From NCBI GenBank assembly GCA_030390025.1, contig CM059431.1:145578001-145642000 (forward strand): a DNA stretch of 64,000 nucleotides, given 5' to 3'. The translations under genes and the position numbers were made by a program. Positions 62,330 through 64,000 of the stretch are shown here, piece by piece. The DNA is from Squalus acanthias (taxonomy: Eukaryota). The first letter of the stretch is position 1, and each line of letters starts with the position of its first letter. Below the pieces are notes generated by a model. The model saw only the letters and a list, made by a program, of their open reading frames with translations. It had not been told where the DNA came from and did no database searches.

Positions 62330-63515
62330 CCTTTATTTTTGCTCACAAATCCACATATTATAAACATTCCATTGTTTCTCATTCAAGTTAAGCTTGGTGA
62401 TTTGCTGTGGATAATACAGACTGCAGCAATAGTGAACTGATGGTAGACGGGGTAGATATTATGGACATAGAATCAAGGAGAATGCTTTATCCTGGATGTC
62501 GCCGAGCTTTATGAGTGGTGTTGTGGGTGTATCCATTTAATACAAGTAGTGATTATTCCATCACATTCCTAACTGGAAGCCGAGTGAAGAGGTTTTCAGA
62601 GATCAGGAAGAGAGACAATTATCGTGAAGAACCCAGTCGCTGCCGTTCATCTGCAGTGTTGATACAGCAGCTGCCGTTAATCTTCTGGTCAATGGGCAGG
62701 ATGTTGATGGTGCGGCAGTAGGTGATTTTGTTGCCGCCAAATGTTGCAGCGATTTGTTGCGCATTTTCCTGTTGGATCTGGTAATTGCCCGGCACTGACA
62801 TGGCACAAATGTTACCTACCTATTGTTAGCACACGCCTGGAATTATTCTGGCCCTTAAATAGGCTGTCATGGGCTGCTGCATTATTTATGTAGTTGTAAA
62901 TGAAGCAGGGCATTGTTGAATGAACGGAGAACGGATCGATTCCTGAAGTGATGACAGAGAGAATGTTATTTATGAATGTGCCTAGCCAAGGGTGCAGCCC
63001 TGAGAAAGTCCGGCAGCGACAACTGTGATGCTTGCCTAAACGGCCATTATACTGAAAAGGATTCCCTTAGACCCCCGTTAAATATAATCACATTTTAACA
63101 GGGCTTCTTGATGTCGTCCTTGATCGAATTTTGCACTCCTGTCTACGGAAGTTACTCTCACAACTCGTGTAGCATTGTCTCTTGTATCCAGATCTGGATC
63201 AAGGCTGTGACTAAGTTTTGAGCAGAGTGGTCCTGGCTGAGCAGGAACCGAATGTTTGTGAGTCGAATATTATTTTGTATGTGACCCTCGATGGCTCTAT
63301 AATAGAATAATTCCTTCACTGTATTGATGATTATTATGGTATTAGTAGGGCCATCATTGGCTCGGTAAATTGTGTCATTTTCAAATGGATTGAACGTAGG
63401 TGGCCAATTCCTACGTTATCAGGTATACTAGTCACACAGCTGTACCGGAATAGACTGGCTGTGGTGGGGGTGGCAAATTGTTTTCGGCAGGTCTTCGAAA
63501 CTACAGGCAGGTACA
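62330..63515 (-). mobile_element. Heavily degraded LINE
   Basis: Reverse-complement similarity to the 43500-45500 family. Confidence 0.5.
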
Positions 63516-63517
63516 TC

Positions 63518-64000
63518 AAGCAATTAGGAAACCAAATGGTATGTTAGCCTTTATTACAAAAGGATTGGAGTATAGGAGTAAAGAAGTGTTACTGCAATAA
63601 AATAAGGCCTTGGTGAGACCACACCTGGAATACTCTGTACAGTTTTTGTCTCCTTACCTGAGGAAATATATACTTGTCTTAGAGGGAGCGGAACAAAGAT
63701 CCAAGAGATTGATTCCTGTGATGAGTGGATTGTTCTATGAAGAGAGATTGAACAGACTAGGCCTAGATTCCCTAGAATTTAGAAGAATGAGAAGTGATCT
63801 CATTGAAAAGTATAAAATCTTGAAGGGTTTTGACAGGGTAAATGTTGGCAGGGTCTGGAAATAAGTGTCACTGTCTCAGAATAAGGGGTCGGCCATTAGG
63901 ATTGAGATGAGGAAAACTTTCTTCACTCAAAGGGCTGTCAATCTTTGGAATTATCTACTCCAGAGGGCTGTGGAGGCTCAATGCATGATTATATTCAGGA
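63518..64000 (+). mobile_element. CR1 3' fragment
   Basis: LVRPHLEYSVQFLSPYLRK..YEERLNRLGL..EFRRMRSDLIE. Confidence 0.9.

Overview
Eukaryotic, repeat-rich vertebrate DNA. The CR1/L2/Penelope repeat types and the NLR gene style suggest a cartilaginous fish (shark); this is inferred, not proven. There are four main components. (1) A degraded, 5'-truncated endogenous retrovirus-like provirus (about 3338-10324, +) with RT, a degenerate tether RNase H, a second catalytic RNase H, integrase, a long env, a PPT and a 3' LTR. The env looks like a Mononegavirales F-type class I fusogen (furin RTRR, heptads, Cys-rich body, TM, no CX6CC), so the element is a lokiretrovirus- or foamy-like candidate. (2) An apparently intact multi-exon NLR immune gene on the minus strand (13 coding exons traced, 58490 down to the stop at 13750, about 1130 codons, start codon not found). 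It has a death-fold-like N-terminus, a large NACHT exon and tandemly duplicated 171-bp LRR cassettes. (3) Tandem arrays with 26-, 55-, 39- and 51-bp units; the 39-bp array spans about 8.7 kb of intron and shows higher-order duplications. (4) Many nested CR1, L2 and Penelope-like fragments, including fold-back Penelope insertions that carry minimal hammerhead ribozyme motifs. Exon boundaries were read by hand from GT/AG sites. TE boundaries are approximate.
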